From positions 111,442 through 175,441 of the forward strand of contig CAVRLD010000002.1 of assembly GCA_963721915.1 (NCBI GenBank): a stretch of 64,000 nucleotides of DNA, given 5' to 3'. Each line of letters opens with the position of its first letter. Position 1 is the first letter of the stretch. The notes under the pieces are model-generated. The model worked only from the letters and a program-made list of their open reading frames with translations. It did no database searches and was not told where the DNA came from. Shown in pieces: positions 9,669 to 19,934 of the stretch. The translations under genes and the position numbers were made by a program. This stretch comes from an uncultured Acidobacteriota bacterium. Lineage in GTDB: Bacteria; Acidobacteriota; Terriglobia; Acidiferrales; UBA7541.

Positions 9669-11294
9669 TCAGAAGCCCGGCGCACCGGAAGCGGCCGGGC
9701 GCATTTCGTGAGCATTCACATCAAAGCGCAGGTGCGCGAAGTAGCTTTGTCCCAGCGACATAAACCCCGTGTATAGGTAGCCCCATACGAACAGCAGCAG
9801 AAACGGTATCGTGGCGTAATTTTCGTTCAGCACCGCATAGACTACCGTCAGCGCAAAATAAATACCCAGAAGAATTTCGGCGTAGGGCATCAACCCGGCT
9901 TTGTTGCGGTACTTTTTCGAGACAAAGGTATCGCCCTTGCCCTCGATTTTATATTTCGGCGTTCGGGCAAATTCGCTTTTTTTGCCGGCGATCGCTTCCA
10001 GCACCGCTTGGGCGTTGCGAATCGAAATCCCAATTCCCGTTGCCATCACAAACGGCATGTACAGGAAAGTGCGCCACCAGGTCTTCGGGTGGATTTCCTT
10101 CTGCGCAACGAGGTAAAAACTCGAGATCGAACACGTCGACGCCAGGAAAAGCGGCAGGTCGATCACCAACATCTGAATCCAGCCCTGGTAGAAACGCACG
10201 ATCATCGCGGGCAGCAGCATGGTCGAAAGCAATACCATCAGTGGATAACTGATGTTGGCGGTGAGGTGAAAGAACGCCTCGGCTTTTACGAAGAATGGCG
10301 CATCCGAAGCGAACACTTTGGGCAAGATTTTCTTCGCGGTCTGCATCAACCCCTTTGCCCAGCGCGCTTGCTGCGCCTTGAAGCCGTTCATGTCGATCGG
10401 CAGCTCGGAGGCGCACTCGATATCGGGGAGATAGAGGAATTTCCAGCCATAAAGCTGCGCGCGGTAGGAAAGATCGGTGTCTTCGGTGAGTGTGTCGTGC
10501 TGCCAGCCACCCGCATCGTCAATGGCTCTCCGCCGCCAGACCCCTGCGGTCCCATTGAAATTGAAAAATGCTCCCCGCCGCGAACGGCCGCCATGCTCCA
10601 CGACGAAGTGGCCGTCGAGCAAGATCGTTTCCACTTCGGTCAGCAGCGAATAGTCGCGGTTCAGATAGGTCCATCGCGCCTGCACCATGCCGATTTCCTT
10701 GTTTTGAAAATACGGAATCGTGCGTCGTAGGAAATCGGGTTCCGGGAGGAAGTCCGCATCAAAAATCGCCACGAATTCTCCTTGCGATGTTCTCAATCCG
10801 TTTTCAAGCGCGCCGGCTTTATAGCCCGCGCGATTACTGCGATGGATGTAAGTGATCGGCAGGCCTTGCGCGGCAAAACGATCGACCACCGACCCGGCCA
10901 CCTGCTGGGTTTCGTCGGTGGAGTCGTCGAGGACCTGCACGTCCAGCAGCTCGCGGGGATAGTCAAAACGCGAAATCGCTTCGACCAGGCGCTCGATCAC
11001 GTAGCGCTCGTTGAAAATGGGGAGCTGGACGGTGACACGCGGCCACGAGGTGGCTTCCGGCGGTGGGCCCGGAACATTTTTCGCGTACGCGTAATAGTCG
11101 TAGACCAGCCAATACCGGTGCAGCCCGTAGACCGCGAGCACGAACAGCACGATGAAGTAGGGAATCATCATCGCCAAGTCGAAGAAATTGGCGTGGTAGA
11201 TTCCCGTGAACGTCTTGTCCGTTATTTTGTGCCAGTACTGGCCGATGGCAGCAGTGTGCGCGGCAAGCACCGAGATAGGGAAACACACATGCAC
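9669..11294 (-). CDS. Glycosyltransferase family 2, cellulose synthase-like (processive)
   Basis: DDS, KAG, DAD, TED and QQARW motifs plus multiple TM helices. Confidence 0.93.
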   Translation of the reverse strand: MHVCFPISVLAAHTAAIGQYWHKITDKTFTGIYHANFFDLAMMIPYFIVLFVLAVYGLHRYWLVYDYYAYAKNVPGPPPEATSWPRVTVQLPIFNERYVIERLVEAISRFDYPRELLDVQVLDDSTDETQQVAGSVVDRFAAQGLPITYIHRSNRAGYKAGALENGLRTSQGEFVAIFDADFLPEPDFLRRTIPYFQNKEIGMVQARWTYLNRDYSLLTEVETILLDGHFVVEHGGRSRRGAFFNFNGTAGVWRRRAIDDAGGWQHDTLTEDTDLSYRAQLYGWKFLYLPDIECASELPIDMNGFKAQQARWAKGLMQTAKKILPKVFASDAPFFVKAEAFFHLTANISYPLMVLLSTMLLPAMIVRFYQGWIQMLVIDLPLFLASTCSISSFYLVAQKEIHPKTWWRTFLYMPFVMATGIGISIRNAQAVLEAIAGKKSEFARTPKYKIEGKGDTFVSKKYRNKAGLMPYAEILLGIYFALTVVYAVLNENYATIPFLLLFVWGYLYTGFMSLGQSYFAHLRFDVNAHEMRPAASGAPGF

Positions 11295-11425
11295 GATGAG
11301 GGCCTCGAGTCCGTAATGCCGCTGAGCGCGACGCTATCGATTATACGGTGACAGCGGGGCCAGTCAACGAACCAGCAGCACGAGGCGCGACCCCGGACGT
11401 CCTCTTCCGCGGAATGGGTGTGTGG

Positions 11426-12388
11426 CTAAGGCACCAGGATGATTTTTCCGTGCGACCCCGGCGCCAGCACTTCCTTATGCGCTCGCGCCGCTTCCGCGAG
11501 CGGAATTTCCTTGCCGACGACAGGGCGCAGCGTGCCGTTCTCAAGGCCTGCGTACAAGGCCGCGTGGATTTCCTTCGCCTCTGCTTCCGTGACGGCCCAT
11601 AACGTGAACCCACGCGCCGAAGCGCGCCGCGCCATCAGGTCGCGCGGATTGATGCTGATTTCGCCGCGGTTGCCGATGATGATTACGCGCCCATACGTCG
11701 CCAGCATCTTCAGATCCGCGGCAAGGTTCACGTTGGCAAGCATCTCCAGGATGATATCGACGCCGCGTCCGCCGGTAGCCTTCATGATTTCTTCGGTATA
11801 GCCCGCCTTCGTATGGTTGAACGCTTGATCCGCCCCTTCGTGCTTGACCAGATCGAGCCCCTTGTCTGTGCCCGCGGTGCCAAAAACAGTGAGCCCTTCC
11901 GCTCGCGCAATCTGCACCGCTGCGCTACCTACGCCGCCGCTCGCGCCGTGCACCAATACGGTCTCGCTCGCGCGTGCCTTCGCTTCTTGCTTCAAAGCGT
12001 GATAGGCGGTGCCGTATGGCACCCAGATCGCCGCTCCCTGATCGAAAGTGATGTTCGCCGGCAGCTTCTGGACTTGCTCCTCGAGCGTGAGCGTATATTC
12101 CGCGTAGGCTCCGGTGATGGTCTTCGCCGTATACACCCGGTCGCCCGGCTTCACTTTGGTCACGCCGCTGCCGACAGCTTCGACGACGCCGGCGGCATCC
12201 GACCCCGGCGTATAGGGAAGTGGCGGCTTGATGGCATACGTGCCCGCCCGCATGTACGTATCGTAGGGATTCACGCCGGCCGCGCGCACTTTCACCAGCA
12301 CCTGGCCTGCATCCGGCTTCGGAGTGGGAATCTCGTCGAACTTTAGAACTTCAGGGCCTCCAAATTCGTGAACGCGGATTGCTTTCAT
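11426..12388 (-). CDS. NADPH:quinone reductase (zeta-crystallin/MDR family)
   Basis: VRAAGVNPYD, HGASGGVG, GKIILVP. Confidence 0.92.
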   Translation of the reverse strand: MKAIRVHEFGGPEVLKFDEIPTPKPDAGQVLVKVRAAGVNPYDTYMRAGTYAIKPPLPYTPGSDAAGVVEAVGSGVTKVKPGDRVYTAKTITGAYAEYTLTLEEQVQKLPANITFDQGAAIWVPYGTAYHALKQEAKARASETVLVHGASGGVGSAAVQIARAEGLTVFGTAGTDKGLDLVKHEGADQAFNHTKAGYTEEIMKATGGRGVDIILEMLANVNLAADLKMLATYGRVIIIGNRGEISINPRDLMARRASARGFTLWAVTEAEAKEIHAALYAGLENGTLRPVVGKEIPLAEAARAHKEVLAPGSHGKIILVP

Positions 12389-12460
12389 CGATTGCCTCGG
12401 TCAGGTTAAATGAATTGCATAGGGTTACGAGCGCCGGTCCTCAGATCGAGGTCCGAAAAA

Positions 12461-13630
12461 TCAAAAGTGGTCGTCCCCTGCGAGCGTCTCCACCTTTTGC
12501 CCAGTTGGTTTCCCAACCGGCGCGGCAGCGTCGGCCCACGCCGTGGTCTGCCAATTGTCTTTCCCTTTTCCCTGTGGAATCCAGGGTGGCAACGTTTGAT
12601 TCAAATACGTCGCCAGCGCGTAAATGTAAGGCTCGTAACTGCTACGAATGGCAATGAGCTGCTGCCGTGCCTCCGGCGTGTTGCGCAAGATCAAACCTTG
12701 CTCGGCCAGCGTCGCGCGCAACCGGGCTTCGTCGGCCGGGGAGAGCCGCTCGAACGGCAGCGCGTGCGGCGGTGTGCCAAAAACCTGCGCCAGATCGGCA
12801 ACCGCGTGGCGCGCGATGGCGAATGTCAATTTAGCCTGGCGTTCGCACGCGCCTTCGATACCCACCTTCAGGAGGGCGCACGCGTCTAGAATCGCGGTTA
12901 GCGCCGCAATCCACGATTGGTTGTCATGCTGCGACTTGAAATATGCCAGAACCGGATACGAAAGATGACTCTCCATCAGCTCGGCGCACCAGAGTTCCCA
13001 ATCCTTCAGCAACTCCCGCAGAGCCTCTCGTCCACCGTCGTAGCTATGGCGCCGGAGCAGTTCGCCGGCCGTCGGTGGGGTCCCCGCTCGCGAATCCAGC
13101 AGCGAAATCTCCACCTCGCGTTTCGAGAACGAGCCATAAATAAACGGCAGATAGCCGATAATCGCGGCCAAAAATCCGAAACCGAAGCCCGCTTCGACAA
13201 CCACCAGGAATCGCGCAAGTCCCGAACGCGGTACGACATCGCCAAGTCCCAGCGTGAAGAAAGTTGTCCCACTGAGGTAGAAGTCGGTCCATAAACCGGG
13301 CTGGCCGCTGACGATGTTCACCGCGGACCCAGCTCCGAATTGCATCAGCCCGAACCCCAGAACCAGTCCCACGGCCCAGACTCCGATCAGCACCAGCAGT
13401 GAGATCGGTCCGTAGAAACCCAGCAGGGTTTCACGCGTTTTTCGTGCGAAAAACAAATTCGCGAGAAACTTTGAGCTTTGCCAGGTTGACCTGTAAAACG
13501 CCCGCGTCAGGCGGAATTTTCGCGTGACCCGACGCGGCAGGATGATGGCCTCAAACGCGTCCCAGATCACGATCAGAAATATCGCGATACCCGCCAGGAA
13601 AGCGCCGGGAGCTGGAATCATGGGCGGCAT
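12461..13630 (-). CDS. Potassium channel family (2-TM pore) protein
   Basis: Pore helix and filter-like YLSGTTFFTLGLGD. Confidence 0.8.
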   Translation of the reverse strand: MPPMIPAPGAFLAGIAIFLIVIWDAFEAIILPRRVTRKFRLTRAFYRSTWQSSKFLANLFFARKTRETLLGFYGPISLLVLIGVWAVGLVLGFGLMQFGAGSAVNIVSGQPGLWTDFYLSGTTFFTLGLGDVVPRSGLARFLVVVEAGFGFGFLAAIIGYLPFIYGSFSKREVEISLLDSRAGTPPTAGELLRRHSYDGGREALRELLKDWELWCAELMESHLSYPVLAYFKSQHDNQSWIAALTAILDACALLKVGIEGACERQAKLTFAIARHAVADLAQVFGTPPHALPFERLSPADEARLRATLAEQGLILRNTPEARQQLIAIRSSYEPYIYALATYLNQTLPPWIPQGKGKDNWQTTAWADAAAPVGKPTGQKVETLAGDDHF

Positions 13631-13669
13631 TGTACTCGTTTGGTGGAGGGCGCGAAAACCGGCGCCCCC

Positions 13670-14095
13670 TTAGGATTCCAGGCGCGCGTTGACGGAAATT
13701 TCCGCTCGAAACAGCTTCGATACCGGGCAGCCGGTTTCTGCGTTTTTCACCGCGGTGTCAAATTTTGCTTTGTCCGCTCCGGGGACGCGTGCAACCAGGT
13801 CCAGGTGGCTCTTGGTGATGCTGAAGCCGTCGCCCACTTTATCGAGGGTGATCGTCGCGCTCGTCTCCAATTTCTCGGGCTTCAGGCCCGCCGCGCCCAA
13901 TTGCGCCGAAAGCGCCATCGTAAAACACCCGGCATGCGCTGCCGCCAGTAATTCCTCGGGATTGGTGCCGACGCCATTCTCAAACCGCGTGCTGAATGAA
14001 TACTGCGCCTGCTTCAATGTGCCGCTGTCGGTGGAGATGTTTCCCTTGCCGCTCTTCAGGTCGCCTTGCCAAACCGCGTTTGCTTTGCGTTGCAT
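13670..14095 (-). CDS. osmC: OsmC family peroxiredoxin
   Basis: GTNPEELLAAAHAGCF and CPVSK. Confidence 0.92.
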   Translation of the reverse strand: MQRKANAVWQGDLKSGKGNISTDSGTLKQAQYSFSTRFENGVGTNPEELLAAAHAGCFTMALSAQLGAAGLKPEKLETSATITLDKVGDGFSITKSHLDLVARVPGADKAKFDTAVKNAETGCPVSKLFRAEISVNARLES

Positions 14096-14223
14096 CGTGT
14101 CACTCCTTTTGCAGCATTTAATCTTTTTGAATGCAGAGAATTCGATTCTCGCGCTCTTCGGAAGGGTATATTGATACGCATGAACCTGTCGAGACGCGCC
14201 GGTCCATTTTTCCGTCCATCTTA

Positions 14224-14967
14224 ATGTCCCGCCCTTTGGATCGCACCGCGCATCGCCCGTGGCCGCTTCCCACGGGACCGTGGCTCATGGCGCAGTCCTG
14301 GCACGACCTGTCGTTCGCACATTGGCCGATCGATCCAGCACTGCTGCGACCACACATTCCCGCGGCGCTCCAGATCGATACTTTCGATGGGCAAGCGTGG
14401 ATCGCGGTCGTTCCGTTCCGCATGTCCGGCGTGCGGCTCCGCTTAACGCCAGCGCTACCGTGGCTCTCCGCCTTTCCCGAACTGAATGTGCGCACCTACG
14501 TCGTAGCGGATAGAAAGCCCGGCGTGTGGTTCTTCAGCCTCGACGCGCAAAATCCCGTCGCGGTCGCAGCAGCCCGCGCCTGGTTTCACCTACCTTATTT
14601 CCGCGCCCGGATGCACTGCGAAGACCACGAAGGATGGATTCATTACAGCAGCGAGCGCACCCATCCAGGCGCCCCACCCGCCGCGTTGCAAGTAAACTAT
14701 CGTTCAGTAGCCGAAATATTTGAAGCAAATCCCGGAACGCTCGAGCATTTCCTAACCGAGCGCTATTGCCTCTACGCCGCCGACTCCCACGGCCGCATCT
14801 CCCGCGGCGAAATCCACCACCAACCGTGGCAATTGCAAATCGCCGAAGCGCAATTCCAAAAAAACTCCATGACCGAAGCCGCAGGCATCGTCCTCCCATC
14901 GCAAAATCCCCTGCTGCACTTTGCCCGCCGCCAGGATGTCGTAGTCTGGAACCCGCATCGTGTCTGA
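14224..14967 (+). CDS. YqjF/DUF2071 family protein
   Basis: QSWHDLSFAHWP, FPELNVRTYV, PGVWFFSLDA, FLTERY; start uncertain. Confidence 0.85.
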   Translation: MSRPLDRTAHRPWPLPTGPWLMAQSWHDLSFAHWPIDPALLRPHIPAALQIDTFDGQAWIAVVPFRMSGVRLRLTPALPWLSAFPELNVRTYVVADRKPGVWFFSLDAQNPVAVAAARAWFHLPYFRARMHCEDHEGWIHYSSERTHPGAPPAALQVNYRSVAEIFEANPGTLEHFLTERYCLYAADSHGRISRGEIHHQPWQLQIAEAQFQKNSMTEAAGIVLPSQNPLLHFARRQDVVVWNPHRV

Positions 14968-14992
14968 TGCCCGAAGCATCCCATGCGCCGGG

Positions 14993-15018
14993 TGTAGGCG
15001 CCGGGCCTTAGCCCGGCG
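14993..15018 (+). repeat. GTAG-type REP hairpin
   Basis: TGTAGGCGCCGGGCCTTAGCCCGGCG; near-identical copy at 40067-40092. Confidence 0.8.
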
Positions 15019-15055
15019 AACCGCTGCATCCTCCAATGATCTCCGCATTCCGTGC

Positions 15056-15385
15056 TCACCACTTGTGAAACACAAAAAACACCCCCAAAACCATGCAAGC
15101 AAATCCCGCTGCATAATTCCATCGCAACTTCTCCCCCAAATAGAAAACCGAGAACCCCGAGAAAACAGCCAGCGTGATGACTTCCTGAATGGTCTTCAAC
15201 TGCGCCGTCGAAAACTCATACGACCCAATCCGGTTCGCCGGAACCTGGAAACAATACTCAAAAAACGCAATCCCCCAACTCACAAAAATCACCTTCCACA
15301 AAGCCTCGCTCCGATATTTCAAATGCCCATACCAAGCAAACGTCATGAAAATATTGGAAACGGTCAATAGCAGTATGGTTCGCAC
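15056..15385 (-). CDS. DMT family small membrane protein
   Basis: SNIFMTFAWYGHLK, EYCFQVPANRIG, QLKTIQEVITL. Confidence 0.9.
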   Translation of the reverse strand: MRTILLLTVSNIFMTFAWYGHLKYRSEALWKVIFVSWGIAFFEYCFQVPANRIGSYEFSTAQLKTIQEVITLAVFSGFSVFYLGEKLRWNYAAGFACMVLGVFFVFHKW

Positions 15386-15439
15386 GAGCGTTACTCTCCC
15401 TCATAAAGGACTAAATCTTCCACCCTCGGCGGCCACAGT

Positions 15440-16148
15440 TTACTGAATTTTATCGCTCTTCGAGAGATTGTGACGCGCACACAAAAGGCGTATGTTCTTT
15501 GCACTTAGAGAAGTGCCGCCCTTTGAGTACGGCAAGTCATGATCGAAATGAAGATTATCCGTTTCTCCACATAAAACGCAGCAACCTCGATCTCGTTTCC
15601 ATACTTCAAGTTTGACAACGGATGGAATGACCCGGCTGTGGTCGAGTGCCGCCCGGAGGTCTAATTCAAACGCTGGTCCTTCAAGGATAATCTCGAGTCG
15701 AAATTTGAATATCTTCCTACGGCTATCCGACTCAACCCACGCGTCAGTCAACTTAAACATGCCATTAAACGCCCAGATCCCGTCCCGAATTTTCTCGTAA
15801 ACGGCGACTGACTCAGGCTCACTTGCGCCCCTCCTAAACCTCAAAGCCGCCTGCTCGAAAAGACCATTCTGAGTAAGTGCTCCCGCTGGGGTTGTTCTAG
15901 GCTGATCGAGTATCTTTGGATCTGGTTGGCCTTGCCGGCGTGGCAACGTCATGTCCCTCGTAAATAATCACACGCCCTTCGTCTTCAATGCTGTCTCGGT
16001 AGGGTGCATTGGGGCGACGACTCATTAAGATGACACTGCAATGTGGTCGTAAATGAAAGTTCATGCCTTTCTGTAGGCTCGCACTCCACGACTGACACAT
16101 CTCAAGATACGAGATTATCTCTCCAGCTGAGTGTGAGAGGTCTGGCAT
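15440..16148 (-). pseudogene. SRA-like/HNH endonuclease, frameshifted
   Basis: Overlapping ORFs 15897-16148 and 15440-15952 join by removing one base near 15945 (..IIYEGHDV|PRRQGQPDP..); C-terminal CxxC, HFDH, CARHN HNH; lower GC. Confidence 0.8.
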
Positions 16149-16157
16149 TCGATGTTG

Positions 16158-17315
16158 CTAAACGTTGAGGGTGAGGGAAACCAGGCCGGCTGGGAGTGTC
16201 GGGACGATCGGCGGCATCTTCGACCGGTCGACCGGGCGGTACAGCGTGTCGCGCTCGACGGGGACGCGGCCTGCAGCGCGGATCAGGCGTTCCAATTCAG
16301 CGCGAGGCGTAAACTCGGAGGTTTTCGCGCCTGCATCATGGTAAATCTTTTCTTCAACGACCGTGCCGTCCAGATCGTTCGCGCCGAAGCGCAGCGCGAT
16401 TTGCGCGATGCTCGGCGTCAGCATGATCCAATACGCCTTGATGTGCTCAAAATTATCCAGCAGCAGCCGCGACACCGCGATGTTGCGCAGATCCAGATAC
16501 CCGGTCGTCTTGGGAATATGCGAGAGCGCCGTGTTGTCCGGATGAAATGCCAGAGGGATGAACGCGACGAACCCGTGAGTCTCATCCTGCAGTTCGCGCA
16601 GCTTCACCAGGTGATCGACGCGCTCTTCTTCGGTTTCCACGTGTCCGTAAAGCATCGTGGCGTTGGAATGCAGCCCAGCTTGGTGAGCTTTCCGCGCGGT
16701 ATTCAGCCACATTTGGCCGCTCGTTTTGTGATCGCAGATAATTTTGCGCACGCGCGGGTGGAAAATTTCCGCGCCGCCGCCGGGGCAGGAGTCCACTCCG
16801 GCTTCCTTCATTTTCCGCAGCACTTCGTCGACGGAAATCTTGGCCAGCCGGGAGAAGAAATGGACCTCCACCATCGTGAATGCTTTCAAGTGCACGGTAG
16901 GGCAGCGCTGCTTCAGGCCGCGAACCATCTCAAGATAATGGTCAAAGGTGAGATCGGGGTGTAGTCCCCCGACAATGTGGAATTCCGTCGCGCCTTCGCG
17001 AACACCCTGTTCGGCGCGCTGGTAGATTTCTTCCAACGCAAAAGTGTAAGCACCAGGCGAGCTCGCGTCCCGGCCAAACGCACATAGCCTGCAATGCGCC
17101 ACGCAAACATTCGTAGGATTGATATGCCGGTTGACGTTGAAATAGGTAATGTTGCCGTGACGCTTCTCGCGCACGTGATTCGCCAGCCACCCAACCGCCA
17201 GCAAATCGGGCGAGCGGTAGAGCAGTATGCCGTCGTCGATCGACAAGCGTTCCCCAGCCAGCACCTTGCTTGCAATGGGCTTCAGCCGCGCGTCGGTAAT
17301 CGTCAGTTCAGCCAT
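16158..17315 (-). CDS. mqnE: Aminofutalosine synthase MqnE (radical SAM)
   Basis: NRHINPTNVCVAHCRLCAF, EFHIVGG, PGGGAEIF, HIKAYW; clustered with UbiA-like and ubiX genes. Confidence 0.9.
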   Translation of the reverse strand: MAELTITDARLKPIASKVLAGERLSIDDGILLYRSPDLLAVGWLANHVREKRHGNITYFNVNRHINPTNVCVAHCRLCAFGRDASSPGAYTFALEEIYQRAEQGVREGATEFHIVGGLHPDLTFDHYLEMVRGLKQRCPTVHLKAFTMVEVHFFSRLAKISVDEVLRKMKEAGVDSCPGGGAEIFHPRVRKIICDHKTSGQMWLNTARKAHQAGLHSNATMLYGHVETEEERVDHLVKLRELQDETHGFVAFIPLAFHPDNTALSHIPKTTGYLDLRNIAVSRLLLDNFEHIKAYWIMLTPSIAQIALRFGANDLDGTVVEEKIYHDAGAKTSEFTPRAELERLIRAAGRVPVERDTLYRPVDRSKMPPIVPTLPAGLVSLTLNV

Positions 17316-17341
17316 TTTTCTCGTCAAAACTTCCGAAACTT

Positions 17342-18226
17342 TCAAACGCGCCAAACAGCAGCGGCAGCGCCCCAGAACAACAGGAACGACATACTAATAT
17401 AACCGTTCATCGCGAAAAACGCAGCGTCCAGCTTGCTCAGGTCGTCAGCTTTAACCAGGGAATGTTCATACGCGAGCAGCGCAGCCACGACGGCGATGCC
17501 CAGCCACGCCAGCCAGGGAAGCGCGAAACTTGCCGCAAGCCACGCCAGCAGTCCGACGACGCCCACATGCATGAGCCGTGCAATCAGCAAAGCGTTCGCG
17601 ACACCAAAGCGTTTCGGCACGGAATACAATCCCGCGCTGCGATCGTAGTCGATGTCCTGGCAGGCATAGAGCACGTCGAAGCCGCCAACCCACAGCGTCA
17701 CCGCGGCGCAAAGGATTAGCATCCGCAAGTCCAGACCGCCGGTAATCGCGATCCACGCCGCCGCGGGAGAAATGCCCAGCGCGAACCCCAAAAATAGATG
17801 TGACCAGTTCGTGAAGCGTTTGGTGAACGAATAGAAAAACAAAATCGCGAGAGCCGCCGGCGCCAGTTTCAGCGCCAGCGGATTGAGCTGCCACGCCGCA
17901 ACCACGAAAACCGCAATCGCAATCAATGTGAAAATCCACGCGAACGAAACAGAAAGCGCCCCAGTCGCCAAAGCACGCTGCCGAGTGCGCGGATTTTCGC
18001 GGTCGTACCGCAGATCAACAATGCGATTCAGAGTCATCGCCGCGGACCGCGCCGCCACCATCGCCACGATGATCCACACAATTTGCCGCAGCGTCGGCCA
18101 GCCTCGCGGAGGCTGATGCGTCGCCCGAGCCGCCAGCAGCGCTCCGGTCAGTGCAAAGGGCAGCGCAAACACCGAGTGCTCAAACTTGATCATCTCCAGC
18201 ACAGTGCGAATGCGATTCGGTGTCAT
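17342..18226 (-). CDS. UbiA-family polyprenyltransferase (MqnP-like)
   Basis: IKFEHSVFALPFA, NRIVDLRYDRENPRT, FDVLYACQD. Confidence 0.9.
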   Translation of the reverse strand: MTPNRIRTVLEMIKFEHSVFALPFALTGALLAARATHQPPRGWPTLRQIVWIIVAMVAARSAAMTLNRIVDLRYDRENPRTRQRALATGALSVSFAWIFTLIAIAVFVVAAWQLNPLALKLAPAALAILFFYSFTKRFTNWSHLFLGFALGISPAAAWIAITGGLDLRMLILCAAVTLWVGGFDVLYACQDIDYDRSAGLYSVPKRFGVANALLIARLMHVGVVGLLAWLAASFALPWLAWLGIAVVAALLAYEHSLVKADDLSKLDAAFFAMNGYISMSFLLFWGAAAAVWRV

Positions 18227-18253
18227 TGGAGAAAAAGAAGGAGAAAAAGCGCG

Positions 18254-18332
18254 TTCACTGCAGAGAGCGCAGAGAACACAGAGCAAATCCTCTCGATTCC
18301 GTCTCTGCGACCTCTGCGCTCTCTGTGGTGAA
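18254..18332. repeat. CAGAG/CTCTG 9-mer-periodic inverted repeat
   Basis: ttcactgcagagagcgcagagaacacagag...ctctgcgacctctgcgctctctgtggtgaa; half copies at 29622-29649 and 46205-46242. Confidence 0.75.
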
Positions 18333-18338
18333 AGTTCT

Positions 18339-18974
18339 TCATGCCTTCGCTTCTTTCGTACCGCTCTGGCCTGTCCAGCGATACATTTTCTCCTGCGGCA
18401 GCCCGACCTGCGCCAGCACGCGGCAGATATATTGCGTCACAAGGTCGTCGATCGTCTTCGGCTGGTGATAAAACGAAGGAATCGCGGGCATGATCACCGC
18501 TCCAGACTGTTGCGCGCGCAGCATATTTTCGAGATGCACGCGATTGAACGGCGTGTCCCGGATGCACAGCACCAGCTTGCGCGCTTCCTTGAGCATCACG
18601 TCCGCCGCGCGCGCCACCAGATCATCACTGATGCCATTCGCGATCGCCGCCAGCGTCCCCATCGAGCAGGGAACCACAATCATGGAATCCACTTCGTAAC
18701 TCCCGGAAGCGATCGATGCGCCCACATCTTTATTCGCCATCACCTCGATTTTCCCAGTCGATTTTCCGAGGATCCGCGTAGCCAGCTGTTTTGAATCGCC
18801 GGAGGAAATTCCCAGCTCTTCCGCGAAGAGTCGCTGCCCGGTTTCCGTGACCACCAGGTGAATGCGCGACACGCGCGCGTCCGCTTCCAGCAACGCCAGC
18901 GCTTTCTGTGCCAGCATCGCGCCGCTGGCTCCGGTCACACCTACGGTTACGGTTTGTCCCTGGGCGTGTGGCAT
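18339..18974 (-). CDS. ubiX: Flavin prenyltransferase UbiX
   Basis: GVTGASG, ASIASGS, PCSMGTLAAIANG, RAADVMLKE, PSFYHQP. Confidence 0.93.
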   Translation of the reverse strand: MPHAQGQTVTVGVTGASGAMLAQKALALLEADARVSRIHLVVTETGQRLFAEELGISSGDSKQLATRILGKSTGKIEVMANKDVGASIASGSYEVDSMIVVPCSMGTLAAIANGISDDLVARAADVMLKEARKLVLCIRDTPFNRVHLENMLRAQQSGAVIMPAIPSFYHQPKTIDDLVTQYICRVLAQVGLPQEKMYRWTGQSGTKEAKA

Positions 18975-19066
18975 TTTGTGCGCGTAGAATCAGTCTGTCA
19001 GCCGCTGTTTTGGATGTCAACTCCGCCACACCAGTAGGCCGCTGCGCCACCAATTCGGTTACGCGC

Positions 19067-19870
19067 TCACAGCCGATTGATGCAGGATGCTACGCAGGCG
19101 GCGCCGAAGCCGTTGTCGATATTCACGACGGTCACGTTCGACGCGCAACTGTTCAGCATGCCGAGCAGCGCGGCCACGCCGCCAAAGCTTGCGCCGTAAC
19201 CCGTGCTGGTGGGCACCGCGATCACCGGCACACCGACTAATCCGCCGACCACACTGGGAAGCGCGCCTTCCATTCCGGCGATGCAAATAATCACGCGGGC
19301 TCTGGTTAGTTTCTCGCGATGCTCCAGTAAGCGGTGGATTCCCGCGACTCCTACGTCGTAGAGGTGCTCGACGCGATTGCCCATCATGCGCGCGGTGAGT
19401 AACGCCTCTTCGGATACCGGAATATCGCTGGTGCCAGCGGAAACAACGACGATCGTGCCCTTACCAGAAATTTCGCTGCTGCGCTCCACGGTGATCACGC
19501 CGGACAAGGGATGGAATTGCAGCGCGGGCCGGGTGCCCGACTGTGTGCCGATTTTCTTCGTGGATGCTCTACCGAAATTAACGCGGCGCACGGCCGCAAA
19601 AATCTTCGCGTCCGCTCGCGTGATCAGAATATTTTGGCGCCCATCCTTGTGCCGCAGCATGGAGCGCACGATTTCCGCGACTTGCTCAGGCGTCTTGCCT
19701 TTGCCGAAGATTACTTCGGCATAGCCTTGCCGCAGCGCGCGGTGGTGATCCACCTTAGCAAAATCCAAATCCTCGAAGGGCAGATCCTTCAGACGTTGGA
19801 GCGCGCTGGCCGGCGAAACTTCTCCGGAGCGCACCGATTCCAGTATTTTTTGCAGTTCGCGTTCGTTCAT
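19067..19870 (-). CDS. larB: Nickel-pincer cofactor biosynthesis protein LarB
   Basis: [50 protein letters not shown]. Confidence 0.92.
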   Translation of the reverse strand: MNERELQKILESVRSGEVSPASALQRLKDLPFEDLDFAKVDHHRALRQGYAEVIFGKGKTPEQVAEIVRSMLRHKDGRQNILITRADAKIFAAVRRVNFGRASTKKIGTQSGTRPALQFHPLSGVITVERSSEISGKGTIVVVSAGTSDIPVSEEALLTARMMGNRVEHLYDVGVAGIHRLLEHREKLTRARVIICIAGMEGALPSVVGGLVGVPVIAVPTSTGYGASFGGVAALLGMLNSCASNVTVVNIDNGFGAACVASCINRL

Positions 19871-19934
19871 GAAGTTGTGAAAACTCGAGTTGCGAAAGCC
19901 CTGGTTCTTGTCACCGGTTCAACCAATGCGCCGG

